A DNA stretch of 64,000 bases from contig CM075992.1 in the NCBI GenBank assembly GCA_038087875.1, positions 12,402,001-12,466,000 on the forward strand, given 5' to 3'. A program made the translations under genes and the position numbers. Below are positions 50,201 to 61,525 of this stretch, one piece after another. Numbering within the stretch: position 1 is the first letter of the stretch; each line of letters begins with the position of its first letter. Under the pieces are notes generated by a model. That model had not been told where the DNA came from, did no database searches, and was given only the letters and a program-made list of their open reading frames with translations. This DNA comes from Malacoraja senta. Its lineage: Eukaryota.

Positions 50201-52687
50201 CTATTATCCCTTCTCAAACTTTACTTCCCATTAATTCGGGAGTCTTTTGTAACTTTTCCTGTACTCACTTTCCCTTTAACTCCATCTTTATACTCCCAAT
50301 TTGTCAATCGCTCCACTCCACTATTTAGTTTAAACCCACCCGAGTAGCACTAGCAAACCTGCCTGCCAGAACGTTGGTCCCCCTCCAGTTAAGGTGTAAC
50401 CCGTCCCTTTTGTACAGGTCACCCTTACAGGTCAATTATTAAAGAGGTAATAATGGGGCAATTGGATAGCAGTAAAAGGATTAGTCCAAGTCAACATGGA
50501 TTTATGAAAGGGAGATCATGCTTGACTAATCTTCTGGAAGTTTTTGAGGATGTGACAAGTAAAATGGATGAAAGGGTGCCAGTGGATGTAGTGTATCTAG
50601 ACTTTCAGAAAGCACATGGTATTGGGGGTAGGGTGTTGACATGGATAGAAAATTGGTTGGCAGACCGGAAGCAAAGAGTAGGAGTGAACGGGTCCTTTTC
50701 AGAATGGCAGGCAGTGGCGAGTGGAGTGCCGCAAGGCTCGGTGATGGGGCCGTAACTGTTTACCATATATATTAATGATTTGGAAGAGGGAATTAGGAGC
50801 GACACTAGCAAGTTTGCGGATGACACACAGCTGGGTGGCAGTGTGAACTGTGAAGAGGATGTTAGGAGGTTGCAAGGTGACCTGGACAGGTTGAGTGTGT
50901 GGGCAGATGCGTGGCAGATGCAGTATAATTTAGATAAATGTGAGGTTATCCACTTTGGCGGCAAAAACAAGGGGGCAGATTATTATCTCAATGGGGTTAG
51001 GTTAGGTAAGGGGGAGGTGCAGTGAGACCTGGGCATCCTTGTACACCGGTCACTGAAAGTTGGCTTACAGGTACAGCAGGCAGTGAAGAAAGCTAATGGA
51101 ATGTTGGCCTTCATAACAAGAGGATTTCAGTATAGGAGTAAAGAGGTTCTTCTGCTGTTGTATAGGGCTCTGGTGAGACCACATCTGGAGTATTGTGTAC
51201 AGTTTTTGTCTCCTAATTTGAGGAAGGACATCCTTGTGATTGAGGCAGTGCAGCGTAGGCTCACGAGATTGATCCCTGGGATGGCGGGACTGTCATATGA
51301 GGAAAGATTGAAATGACTAGGCTTGTATTCACTGGAGTTTAGAAGGATGAGGTGATATCTTATAGAAACATATAAAATTATAAAAGGACTGGACAAGCTA
51401 GATGTACCCAATGTTGGGCGAGTCCAGAACCAGGGGCCACCGTCTTAAAATAAAGGGGAGGTCATTTAAGACTGAGAAAAAAAAAATTCTTCCAGAGAGT
51501 TGTGAATTTATGGAATTCCCTGCCACAGAGGGCAGTGGAGGCCAAGTCACTGGATGGGTTTAAGAGAGAGTTAGATAGAGCTCTAGGGTCTAGTGGAGTC
51601 AAGGGATATGGGGAGAAGGCAGGCACGGGTTATTGATAGGGAACGATAAGCCATGATCACAATGAATGGCGGTGCTGGCTCGAAGGGCCGAATGGCCTCC
51701 TCCTGCGCCTTTTTCTATGTTTTCTATGTTTTCTACCCCAGAAGAGACCCCAGTGGTCTATAATGCTAAATCCTTGCTCCCTGCACCAGCCCCTCAGCCA
51801 CACATTCAAATCCCCGATCTCCCTGTTCCTATCCTCACTAGCACAAGGTACTGGATGCAACCCGGAGATAACCACCCTAGAAGTCCTGCGTTTCAGTCTT
51901 CTTCCTAACTTTGTAAACTTGCGTTACAGAACCTCCTTCCACTTCTTCCCAATGTCGTTTGTGCCTACATGCACAACTACTGCCGGATGTTCACCTTCTC
52001 TATCGAGGATCTTCTGAATTCGGTTTGTGACATCTAGCACCCTGGCACCAGGCAGGCAACAGACCAGCCTCACGTCTCAGCTGCTGCGACAGAATCTCCA
52101 GTCCGTACCTCGGACAATGGAGTCACCCACCATTATGGCTTTGCCCGACGTCAGTCAAGTCTCAGTCAAGTCTGTCGCTCGGACTGGAAGCGTTATCCCC
52201 CCCGACAGCTCCCAAGAGGGTGTACATGCTTTCATTAGGCACAGCCGCCTGGGTGTCCTGCACTCCACGGTTACTCCCCTTTCTCACAGTCACACACCTT
52301 CGCTCTTCCTGTATCCTTGGTGAGACAACCACACTATAGGTCCTGTCCAGGAAACTCTCGTTTTCCCGGATGGCCCTGAGGTCATCAAGTTGCTTCGCCA
52401 GTGTCCCAACACGGTCCTTCAGGAGCTGAACCTGGACACACTTGCCACTGTTGTAGCAGAAAGAGGCACCATCAGTGTCCCTGCCCTCCCTCTTACTCAC
52501 CGACTTCCAGCCAATCCTAGATCTCGCTACTCCTGCTCTCCCACCTTCCCGGTAAAGCTTGGATCGGGCTTTTGCCGTGCTTTTAAATCTACTTTCCCTC
52601 TTACTCACCGAAGTCCAGCCAATCCTAGCTCTGGCTGCTCCTGGCTTCTCCTGCTCTCCCATCTTCACAGTAACCACGTACAGGACG
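47277..52687 (-). mobile_element. Near full-length decayed CR1 LINE in intron A-B of module 4
   Basis: ORF1 (GKCVQVQLLKDRV, esterase) and ORF2 EN (GFTETWL, LGGSDH) and RT (YRPVSLTS, SGVPQGSVLGP); (AATAGAC)n tail; empty site in modules 1-3. Confidence 0.88.
50430..51732 (+). mobile_element. Nested opposite-strand CR1 3' fragment
   Basis: QHGFMKGRSCLTNLL, YLDFQKA, KFADDT; (TTTTCTATG)n tail. Confidence 0.85.
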
Positions 52688-52882
52688 TCAATACTGAGAA
52701 TGGGGAGATCCCACATTGTGGAGAGAGAGACCGGGGAAGATGGGAGCGGAGGGAAAACAACATTGGATTCCGGGGAATGTTGAACGGGACGGGGTGCGGT
52801 CAGAATGGCGCTGATTCCGGGTCTTTCTCTGGGTGAACAAACTCCCTCAGTTCAGGGGCTGACTCTCTGATTGTTGTTTCAG

Positions 52883-52959
52883 TTCCGGTGGATGGAAGAT
52901 TCCGGAGACTGGCGTTCTGAGGGATCACTGCTCCGGGGAGAGACCAGGCTGGTTAAACG
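52883..52959 (+). CDS. D8C module 4 exon B
   Basis: 77 nt: SGGWKIPETGVLRDHCSGERPGWLN. Confidence 0.9.
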
Positions 52960-53803
52960 GTAGGGTCAGAGTTTACAACACATGGTCTCAGTTATTGTCC
53001 GGGAGGGTCAGACTGACGACCCAGATCTCTCCAGAGGGCCCCTCGCACGGACATGGAACCCAAACTACCTGAGATGTTCCCCCACAGTCACTCAGACTGC
53101 GCTCCGGCCCTGGATCCTCACGGAGTGCGGTGGGGAAGCTCCAGCTTCCTGGAGTTTCCCGGCAGTGGGGCTACGGATCCCATCCGCCCGCTGTCCCTGC
53201 TCCAGATCAGAGCCGGAGCAGTTTCAGTGGAGGAGCAGCTCCCAGGGAGCTGGGCCCGTCTCAGGACACCCACAGTTCAGCAACGAGGCGGAGAAATTAA
53301 ATACACACAACATTTAGCACCAATGTGCTTATGACGTGTGATTGAAGTGTTCGTGATGTGTTGTGGTTAAAAGTATTGCAATCTAGTGACATTTCCGATG
53401 AGGCTGAACTAAAAAATACATACTGTAATTACTAATAAGTCATATGGCACAGAAATGGGCCTTCGGCCCATGCCGACCATGATGTCTCATCTGAGCTACT
53501 AATTCGGCCTGTGTCTGTCTAAACTATACCTGTTCGCTCATCACCAGCTGTCAGCACCCATCGGAGGGGGGGGGGCTATTGTTTCCAGTCCAGACCCCGG
53601 CACCCTAGGGTGTCAGCACCAGGAGCAGGGGCTGCTGTGGGGAGTGTGGGTGGGGAGGGTGAGGGCAGCAGCTCACCGCTGACTGAGGCAGGTCAGACCC
53701 GACCGTGGCTTGTGATCACTGCCTTACACTGGCTCCACATTCACATTCCCCACCGCACTGTGGCACCGGGTACATTTTACAATGTTTATAATCCTCATTC
53801 CAG

Positions 53804-53968
53804 GTCCCCATCCCAGCGTGGGAGACGGGGAGGTGACCAGGACAGTCTGTTTCACCAAGCATGATAACTTCTGTGAGAAACATCAGGAGATCAGGGTGAA
53901 GAACTGCACCGGTTACTTTGTGTATCAGCTGTGGCCGTCACCCCACAAGGAGACTGTGTATTGTACAG
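53804..53968 (+). CDS. D8C module 4 exon C
   Basis: 165 nt: GPHPSVGDGEVTRTVCFTKHDNFCEKHQEIRVKNCTGYFVYQLWPSPHKETVYCT. Confidence 0.92.
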
Positions 53969-54324
53969 GTAGGTCCCCGTTCCCCAGTCACACGGGTTCT
54001 CATCCCCCGGTCTGACCTGTGATCCCACTTGGTCCAATTGCCCCGGTGGCTTCTAGCCTCCCCCCTCACCTCTGGACCTATGCTTCCCTCCCCTTTATGG
54101 AAACATCACTCTCCCCTCTCCAACCTGGACTCTTCATTCTCTCTGGCACCATCCACAACCCTACTCTCCCACCGACGATGTCCCCTCCCATTTGTACAGT
54201 CCCCTCTCCTCGGTCTGTCCCACTCCCCACTTGCCCCAACACTGTCCCCTACCCCCCACCCCCCCACCCTGCACAGACACTCTCCCCTCCCTCCCCCAAT
54301 CCTGCTCAATAACGTTCATCTATC

Positions 54325-55603
54325 ATATCTATCTATCTTCTTATACTATTAAAACTCTGTGTGTGGGTGTGTGTGTTTATTTATTTGTGGGTGTCACATT
54401 TGGCCTTTGATTCCTTGCTCCGCCAAAACCACACGCGAAACTCCATTTCGCTAGACATTACACTTTTACATACCCTAACACACTCCTTATTAGATTTAGA
54501 CATTTTTATGTACACAGTTTTTTTAATAACATCCATCCCCCCATCCCCCCACTCACTCATTTTGTCTCTCCTGCTGGCCAGCCACCATAACGGCTGCTGC
54601 CGCCCGGCTCTGCTCCAAAAACATCGCCAGTTTTATTTTTTCCCTGCCGGTTTTTGCTGCTGCCGCCTGCCTCTCCTCCACACCCCCCCCCCCCCCGGGC
54701 CGGCTATCTCACGCTGGCTCAAGCCAAACATCGGCTCTTCCCCCTCTGCTTTTCGCCGTCCTCTGTCCGAGGATGCCGAAAAGCAGCGGCGGAACAACCC
54801 ATCTTTGCCTTCAGTCAGCGTGACAGAGCCGGCGCTTCAACGGCCTGTCGGCCAGCAGTCCCATTGAAGCGTCTCGACCAAAGATACTAGAGTCTCGACG
54901 GCCGTACGCAGCGTCTCGACGTCGTACGCAGCGTCTTGACGGCGGTACGCCGTCAACACGCTGCGTACGACGTCGAGACGCTGCGTACGGCCGTCCAGAA
55001 GCACATTCGGGGTCCAGACCCCAACGGGTCTGCTCTTGGTCTAGTATCTATTAAAACTGTGTGTGTGGGGGTGGGTGTGTGGGTGTGTCATATTGCATGT
55101 GAAACGAATCTCCTCGAAAACCAGACGCCGAAGTTTCCACAGTCAGAAAGCCGCTTCTCCCCCCCACTCCTCTTCTCACCTCCTCCCCTCTCCTTCCTCC
55201 CTCTCTCCCCTCTCCTCTCTACCCAAAGATCCTATACCGCTATAGGATCTTTGCTCTCTACCCGTCACAGGGGACGATCATCTGTTTCCCCCCCACCTCC
55301 CCCGGCCCTGCCGGACCGGCTCTGTCATGCTGGCGGAAGCCCTGATCGGCTGGTCCCCCCGCTGCTTTTCACCGTCCTCAGATCGCTCCGTACCTCGCTC
55401 GGGCAGCCGCCAGCCCCTCTCCTCTCTCACCCTCTCTCTCTCTCCCCCACTCTCTCTCCCTCTCTCTCTCTCTCTCTCCCCTTTCTCTCTCTCTCCCTCT
55501 TTCTCTCTTTCTCTCCCTCCCCCCTCTCTCTCCCACTCTCTTCCCCTTCTCCTCTCTCTCCTTCCCCCCTCTCTCTCTCACTCTCTCCCGCACTCTCTTC
55601 CCC

Positions 55604-55634
<31 letters not shown>

Positions 55635-56404
55635 CTCTCTCCTCTCTCTCTTCCCTCTCTCTCTCCCCCTCTCTCTCTTTCTCCCTCCCCCCCTCACCCC
55701 CTCTCTTCCACTTCTCCTCTCTCTCCCTCCCCCCTCTCTCTCTCACTCTCTCCCCGCTCTCTCTCTCCCCCTCTCTTTCTCCCTTCCCTCTCTCCCCCCT
55801 CCGTCTATCTCTCCCCCTCCCACTCTCTCCCCCCTTCCTCTCCCCCAACCCCCTGCCCTCCCCACCCTCCCTCCCTTAAACCCTTCCCCCTCCACACCCT
55901 CCCCTCCACCCCTCCCCCTAAACCTTCCCTCCACCTCCATCCCCTCCCCTTACCCCCTTCCCTCCACCTCCCCTCCCCCCCACCTCTCCGCCTCCTTCCC
56001 ACCCCTCTCCCCTTCCCCCCTCTCACCCCCTTCCCCCCCTCTCCTCCCCTCTCTCTCCTTCCATCTCTTGCTCCCCTCCTCTCCTACCCTCACGCACCCT
56101 CCCTCTCCTCCCTCCCCTCCCCCCCCCCTCTCCCTGTCTCTTGCCCTTCTGTCTCTGTCTCTCCCCATTCCCACTCTGCCCTAACTCTCTACCCCCCTCC
56201 CTCTCTAGACGCGCCTGCGAGTTGGGGGCTATGCGTCAGTGGATAGGGCGGTGGTGGGGTAAAAGGAGCAAATTAATAATATTAATATAATATGGGGGGT
56301 AGTAGAGTGTGTGTGGGGGTGGTTAGTGTGTGTGATGCCGCATGCCCCCCCACCCCGCAAAACGCGTTGGTGGAACAGACCCAACGGGTCTGCACTTGGT
56401 CTCA
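54325..56404 (+). mobile_element. Two head-to-tail non-autonomous Helitron-like units
   Basis: 5' TCT...TATTAAAACT starts at ~54330 and ~55047; 3' hairpin AGACCC-(C)AAC-GGGTCT 9 nt before CTAG (55041-55044), repeated at ~56377-56404 with a degenerate end. Confidence 0.7.
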
Positions 56405-57989
56405 TAACATATAAAGATGATGTCAACAAACATAATTACTTATGCGTCTAAGAAACTCTATGAGGAAGGATGGCAATGGATTAAACACACTGTGAATTAC
56501 ACTGTCTAAACACCATGAGGAACCCTTTCTGAGCTGGACTTCCTTGTTTATGACAAAGCTACTGTACCAGAACTTCCAGCTGGTGGCATTAATGCATGTA
56601 AACAAAATACAGTCCAGTACATTCCCCTTTCTTCCAGCTTTTCCCATCCTGCAATTGGTCTGAGGAAGGCTCCCGACCTGAAACGTCACCTATCTATGTT
56701 CCCCAGAACTACTGCCTGACCCACTGAGTTACTCCAGCACTTTGTGTCCTTCACATTAAACCAGTCGGGTTCAGTGGAAATGGATGATTCCGTTGTGTGA
56801 TGTGTAAGAGTGTTAAAGGAATACGGTCCGAGACTCTTGAAAGGCTGGCACCACCATTGTACCGAGCGTGCTGGATCAGTGGGGTATTACTGGAGTAACA
56901 GACATGTGGTGAAATAATCTGGGGATTGAGCAGAGACACTGTTGTCCCTGGAGCACATTGAGGACACGTCCAGTAGAACAGATGAGGGAACCAGTGGCTG
57001 GGCTGTGGGGGATTTTCAGAAGGCATTTAGTACGTTCCTGCACAAGAGGCTGGTCAACAAGGTCAGAGCACATGGAATTGTTCACACACTGACATGGATT
57101 GAGAATTGGCTTTTGGACAGAGAGCAACAGGTGGGAATAAGCAGATCATTCTCAGGTTGGCAGCAGTGACGTGTAGGTACAAGAGGGCTCAGTGCTTGGG
57201 CCCCGGTGAGTCACAGTCTGTATCAATAACTTGGCTGGGACGATCATCTGTGGACTGAGATACACCCTGATATCTCACACTGACCCGCTGTGTCCCTCAC
57301 TGCGGCCCCTGGGATCGAGCCTGGGACCCCCTCCCTGGGACCAAGATATCCCCTATAACCCCCTCCCCCCCTCAAGGACACAACTGGCCCACAACCCCTC
57401 CCCAATGACCGATTCTTCACCTCTCCTCCCCCGGGACCAAGACCACCCCTCAAACCCCAACCTAAGCCATTCCCTATCCCCTCCCCCAGGGTTCTCCCCT
57501 TGCCGAGACCGAGCAAGCCGGTGAAGGGGAAGCAGGGAGAGGGTGGAGTGGGACAGTGGGGGTGGGAGAGGTGCGTGGGTGAGAGAGAGAGAAAGGGTGG
57601 GTGAGGTAGAGGCAGGGGTCGAGGAGGAGGTGAGAGGGCAGGGAGGGGCGGGTGGAGGGAAGGAGGGCAGAGAGACGGACGGAGAGTATTGAATGACGAC
57701 GGGAATGATGGGGGTGAGGAGCAGAGGGAGTGGGGAGCAGAGCGGAGTGACGCAGGGACGGGTCCCAATGTGTGAGGTGTGTGGGGTGGAGGAGCTGGGA
57801 GGCAGTAACGGTCACTCCACTGTGGAGTGGGATGTACTGGGGGTGTCAGGATACACGGTGCAGGAGAGGGCTGGACCGTTGGTGTCACCAGAGACTGGTG
57901 TCGGCCGTGCACTTCCCTCTGCTCCCATCCCGCAGGGCTGCTGGATTATTTCCACACTACACCCACTGTCTGTCCACACTTTATTACAG

Positions 57990-58101
57990 ATCCAGCCTCC
58001 GTACCAACTGAGGAAGCCCAGGACACAGTCGAAACCCCAGGAAACAACAGCTGAACCCCGGGAGGATTTGTCCATCGTCCCAGAACCAAATACAAGCTCA
58101 G
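57990..58101 (+). CDS. Mucin-like stalk exon S1 (one extra A gives a premature TGA as assembled)
   Basis: tacag|AT...TCAG|gtattg, 112 nt; removing one A gives DPASVPTEEAQDTVEPQETTAEPREDLSIVPEPNTSS. Confidence 0.6.
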
Positions 58102-59117
58102 GTATTGATGGGAGATGATTTTTCTGACCCCAAACATCAGTGTTGGCGGGGAAAGGGCAGGGGAGGGTGACTTGAGAATATTGGCATCGAGGAGATGGAG
58201 GAGCGAGGCTGGAGTGTGGGGTGAGGAAATCTGAAGAGAGAGAGGGGAGGAGGGGGTCTGGGGTGAATGGGTGGAGGGTATGTGGAGTGGGGGACGAGGT
58301 GTCGAGTGGGGGGAGGGGGTGTGGAGTGGGGGGAGCGGTGTGCAGTGGGGTAGTGGGGGAGATGATGTGGAGTGGGGGGAGGGGGTGTGGAGTGGGGGGA
58401 GGGGGTGTGGAGTGGGGGGAGGTGTGGGACGATCATCTGTGACAGATATGCGCTCTGATATCTCCCACTGGCCCCCAGTGTCCCTCACTCTCCCCTCTGG
58501 GACCGAGCCGTCCCTACACCCCCCCCCACAAGCGACCCTAGCTGACCTATGCACCCCTAACCCATGACCAAGTCTTCTCATCCCCTCCTCCAGAAACCAA
58601 GAGCTCCATTGAACCCCAACCTAAGCTGTCCTTTCACGCCCCCCCCCCCCCTCCCCGGTACCGAGCCGTCCCCTCACCCCACCGGCACAGAACCAGACAC
58701 AAGTTCAGGTATCAATGGTGGAATCATTTTTTTTAAACCCAAACCACCGTGCAGGAGGGTGAAAGGTCAGGGTACGGTGACTGGAGGAATATTGGCGAGG
58801 AGAGAGGCTGGGGTGGAGGGGATTTGGGGAGAAGATATGGGAGGGGATTTGGGGAGAGGCGCGGGGCACAGGGAGGGGGGGAGGGAGCGGGGAGGGGGGT
58901 GGGTGTGTGTGGGGTGGAGGAGCTGGGAGGCAGTAACGGTCACTCCACTGTGGAGTGGGATGTACTGGGGGTGTCAGGATACACGGTGCAGGAGAGGGCT
59001 GGACCGTTGGTGTCACCAGAGACTGGTGTCGGCCGTGCACTTCCCTCTGCTCCCATCCCGCAGAGCTGCTGGATTATTTCCACACTACACCCACTGTCTG
59101 TCCACACTTTACTACAG

Positions 59118-59692
59118 ATCCAGCCTCCGTACCAACTGAGGAAGCCCAGGACACAGCCGAACCCCAGGAAACATCCGAACCCCAGGAAACAGCCGAACCC
59201 CAGAAACAGCCGAACCCCAGGAAACAGTCAAACCCCAGGAAACAGCCGAACCCCAGGAAACAGCCGAACCCAGGAAACAGCCGAACCCCAGGAAACAGCC
59301 GAACCCCCAGGAAACAGCCGAACCCCAGGAAACAGCCGAACCCCAGGAAACAGCCGAACCCCAGGAAACATCCGAACCCCAGGAAACAGCCGAACCCCAG
59401 GAAACAGCCGAACCCCAGGAAACAGCCGAACCCCCGGAAACAGCCGAACCCCAGGAAACATCCGAACCCCAGAAACTCCCGAACCCCAGGAAACAGCCGA
59501 ACCCCAGGAAACTCCCGAACCCCAGGAAACAGCCGAACCCCAGGAAACTCCCGAACCCAGGAAACAGCCGAACCCCAGGAAACTCCCGAACCCCAGGAAA
59601 CAGCCGAACCCGAGGAAACTCCCGAACCCCAGGAAACAACAGCTGAACCTCGGAGGATGTGTCCACTGTCCCAGAACCAGATGCAAGCTCAG
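59118..59692 (+). CDS. Mucin-like stalk exon S2 with 18-bp coding minisatellite (AEPQET)n; several 1-nt indels as assembled
   Basis: Paralog of S1 with the same splice sites; about 27 copies of GCCGAACCCCAGGAAACA (59155-59650). Confidence 0.65.
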
Positions 59693-60364
59693 GTATTGAT
59701 GGGTTTTATCTGACCTCAGGTATTGATTTTTCTGACCCCAAACGTCGGTGCTGGTGGGGAAAGGGCAGCGGAGGGTGACGTGAGGAATATTGGCATCGAG
59801 GAGATGGAGGAGGGAGGCTGGGGTGTTGGGTGAGGAAATCTGAAGAGAGAGGGGGTAGGAGGGGGTCTGGACTGGGGGAGTGTGGGGGGAGGGTGTATGG
59901 GTTGGGGGAGGGGTGTCGTAATGGACGGGACGGGGTGTGGAGTTGGGGCGGAGGGGATGTGATAAACTGGGGGGAGGGGGAGAGGGGGGGAGAGGTGTGA
60001 TGTAGGGGAGAGGGATCAGAAGGGAGGTTTGTGGGAGGAGGCTTGGAATTGGGGGATGGAGGGAGGCTGGGAAAAGGCGAGGCAGATGTTTGGAGTGAGG
60101 AGGCTGATGTGGGGGAGGGGGTGGTCTGGAGTGAGGGGAGGTGGGGGAGGGGGGAGTGGGAGTTCTGGAAGGTTGGTGCTGTGGAGGGGGGGATGGGGGA
60201 GTTGGTCTGGTATTGGGGTGGAGGTGGCCGGAGGGAGTCTGGGGAGATGGGCCAGGAATCCATTGGTGGGAGCGGACCCCAGGGGAGGGTGGATGTGGGA
60301 CAGTGTGGAGAGGGGAGGAGGGCAAGTGGAAATGTGAGTATAGTGGAAGAGAAGGGCAGGTCTA

Positions 60365-60650
60365 GCATGGGAACAGGCCCTTCGTCCTTCAACACTGATT
60401 CCGCGCTGACCAGCGATCCCCGTACACTTGCACTATCCTGTACACTGGGGACAATTACAATTTATACCAAAGCTAATTAACCTACAAACCTGTACGTCTT
60501 TGGAGTGTGAGAGGTGACTAGAGCACCCGGGGAAAACCCATGCCGTCACATGGAGAACGTGCAAACTCCGCACAGACAGCAGCTGTAGTCAGGATCTAAC
60601 TCGGGTCTCTGGTGCAGTGAGGCAGCAACTCTTCCGCTGCCCCTTGTGCT
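60365..60650 (-). mobile_element. HE1/V-SINE
   Basis: Reverse-complement similarity to 61205-61525, including the V-domain core. Confidence 0.75.
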
Positions 60651-61074
60651 GCCCTAAGAGAGAATGGGTGACTGGAGATTGCGGGAGGAGGGGAAAGTCA
60701 GTGGAGAGCTTGTGGAGAATGTATTTTGGTGACTGACTGACCCTCGGGGGCGGGGGCTGAATGGTGAAGCAAGTGAGCGTGTGCGCGGATTGGGCAAGGG
60801 GTGTGAGTGAGTCGGGAAAAGGAAGGATTTAGTCAGGATCATGGGATAGAACTCTGTAGGAGAGTTGAGGAGGAACAAGGAAGGTGGCGTGGAGCGTGTT
60901 GGAGGAGTGTGTAATGTTCCAGGTGAGATGTGGGACCTGTGAGATTTGGTGTGTGTTGCTGTCAGCATGGACTGGTGACTCTTGGTCTCTGCAGCCGACT
61001 TCCCTCCTGATCAGCTGTTCAATGTGTTTTTACTCTTTTACCCTCCCTGTCCCTCCTCCTCTTTCTTCTTCCAG

Positions 61075-61170
61075 ATCCACCGTTGGACACAACTCTGGAA
61101 CCCCAGGGAGCAGGGACTGGAGACTCTGGTCCGGGTTTAACTCGTGACCCAGCAGGGTCTGCAAGCTCAG
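61075..61170 (+). CDS. Stalk exon S3
   Basis: Long polypyrimidine tract, ccag|AT...TCAG|gtatca, 96 nt, phase 1-1, open: DPPLDTTLEPQGAGTGDSGPGLTRDPAGSASS. Confidence 0.75.
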
Positions 61171-61204
61171 GTATCAGTGGTGGGGAGCATGGAACATAGA
61201 CAAA

Positions 61205-61525
61205 GGCAGCATGGTGGCGCAGCGGTAGAGTTGCTGGCTTACAGCGCCAGAGACCCCGGTTTGATCCTGACTATGAGTGCTGTCTGTACGGAGTTTGTAC
61301 GTTCTCCCCGTGACCTGCGTGGGTTTTCTCTGGGTGCTTCGGTTTCCTCCCACACTCCAAAGACGTACAGGTTTGTCGGTTAATTGGCTTGGTATGATTG
61401 TAAATTGTCCCTGGTGTGTAGTATAGTGTGTAGTTTAGTGTTAGTGTGCGGGGATCACTGGTCAGTGCAGACTGGGTGGGCCGAAGGGCCTTGTTTCCAT
61501 GTTGTATCTCCAAACTAATCTAAAC
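61205..61525 (+). mobile_element. HE1/V-SINE (tRNA-derived)
   Basis: A box TGGCGCAGCGG, B box GGTTTGATCC, V-core GTTTGTACGTTCTCCCCGTG...GGTTTCCTCCCACACTCCAAAGAC. Confidence 0.85.

Larger units (their letters stand above)
4880..57290 (+). repeat. Four-copy tandem segmental duplication (units approx. 4.9-27.0, 27.0-35.6, 35.6-45.7, 45.7-57.3 kb)
   Basis: The same order (CR1 ORF1 fragment, 72-bp repeat, exon A, exon B, exon C, CR1 fragment) recurs four times with highly similar introns. Length differences are explained by TE insertions and deletions. Confidence 0.9.

Noticed and set aside
54936..56246. 436-aa Ser/Pro/Leu ORF and antisense Arg/Glu ORFs
   Set aside because: Translation of (CT)n-rich filler.
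59155..59650. CRISPR-like array
   Set aside because: Contiguous 18-bp tandem units without unique spacers, in a eukaryotic context.
61205..61275. tRNA gene
   Set aside because: The A and B boxes belong to the head of a V-SINE and continue into the SINE core.
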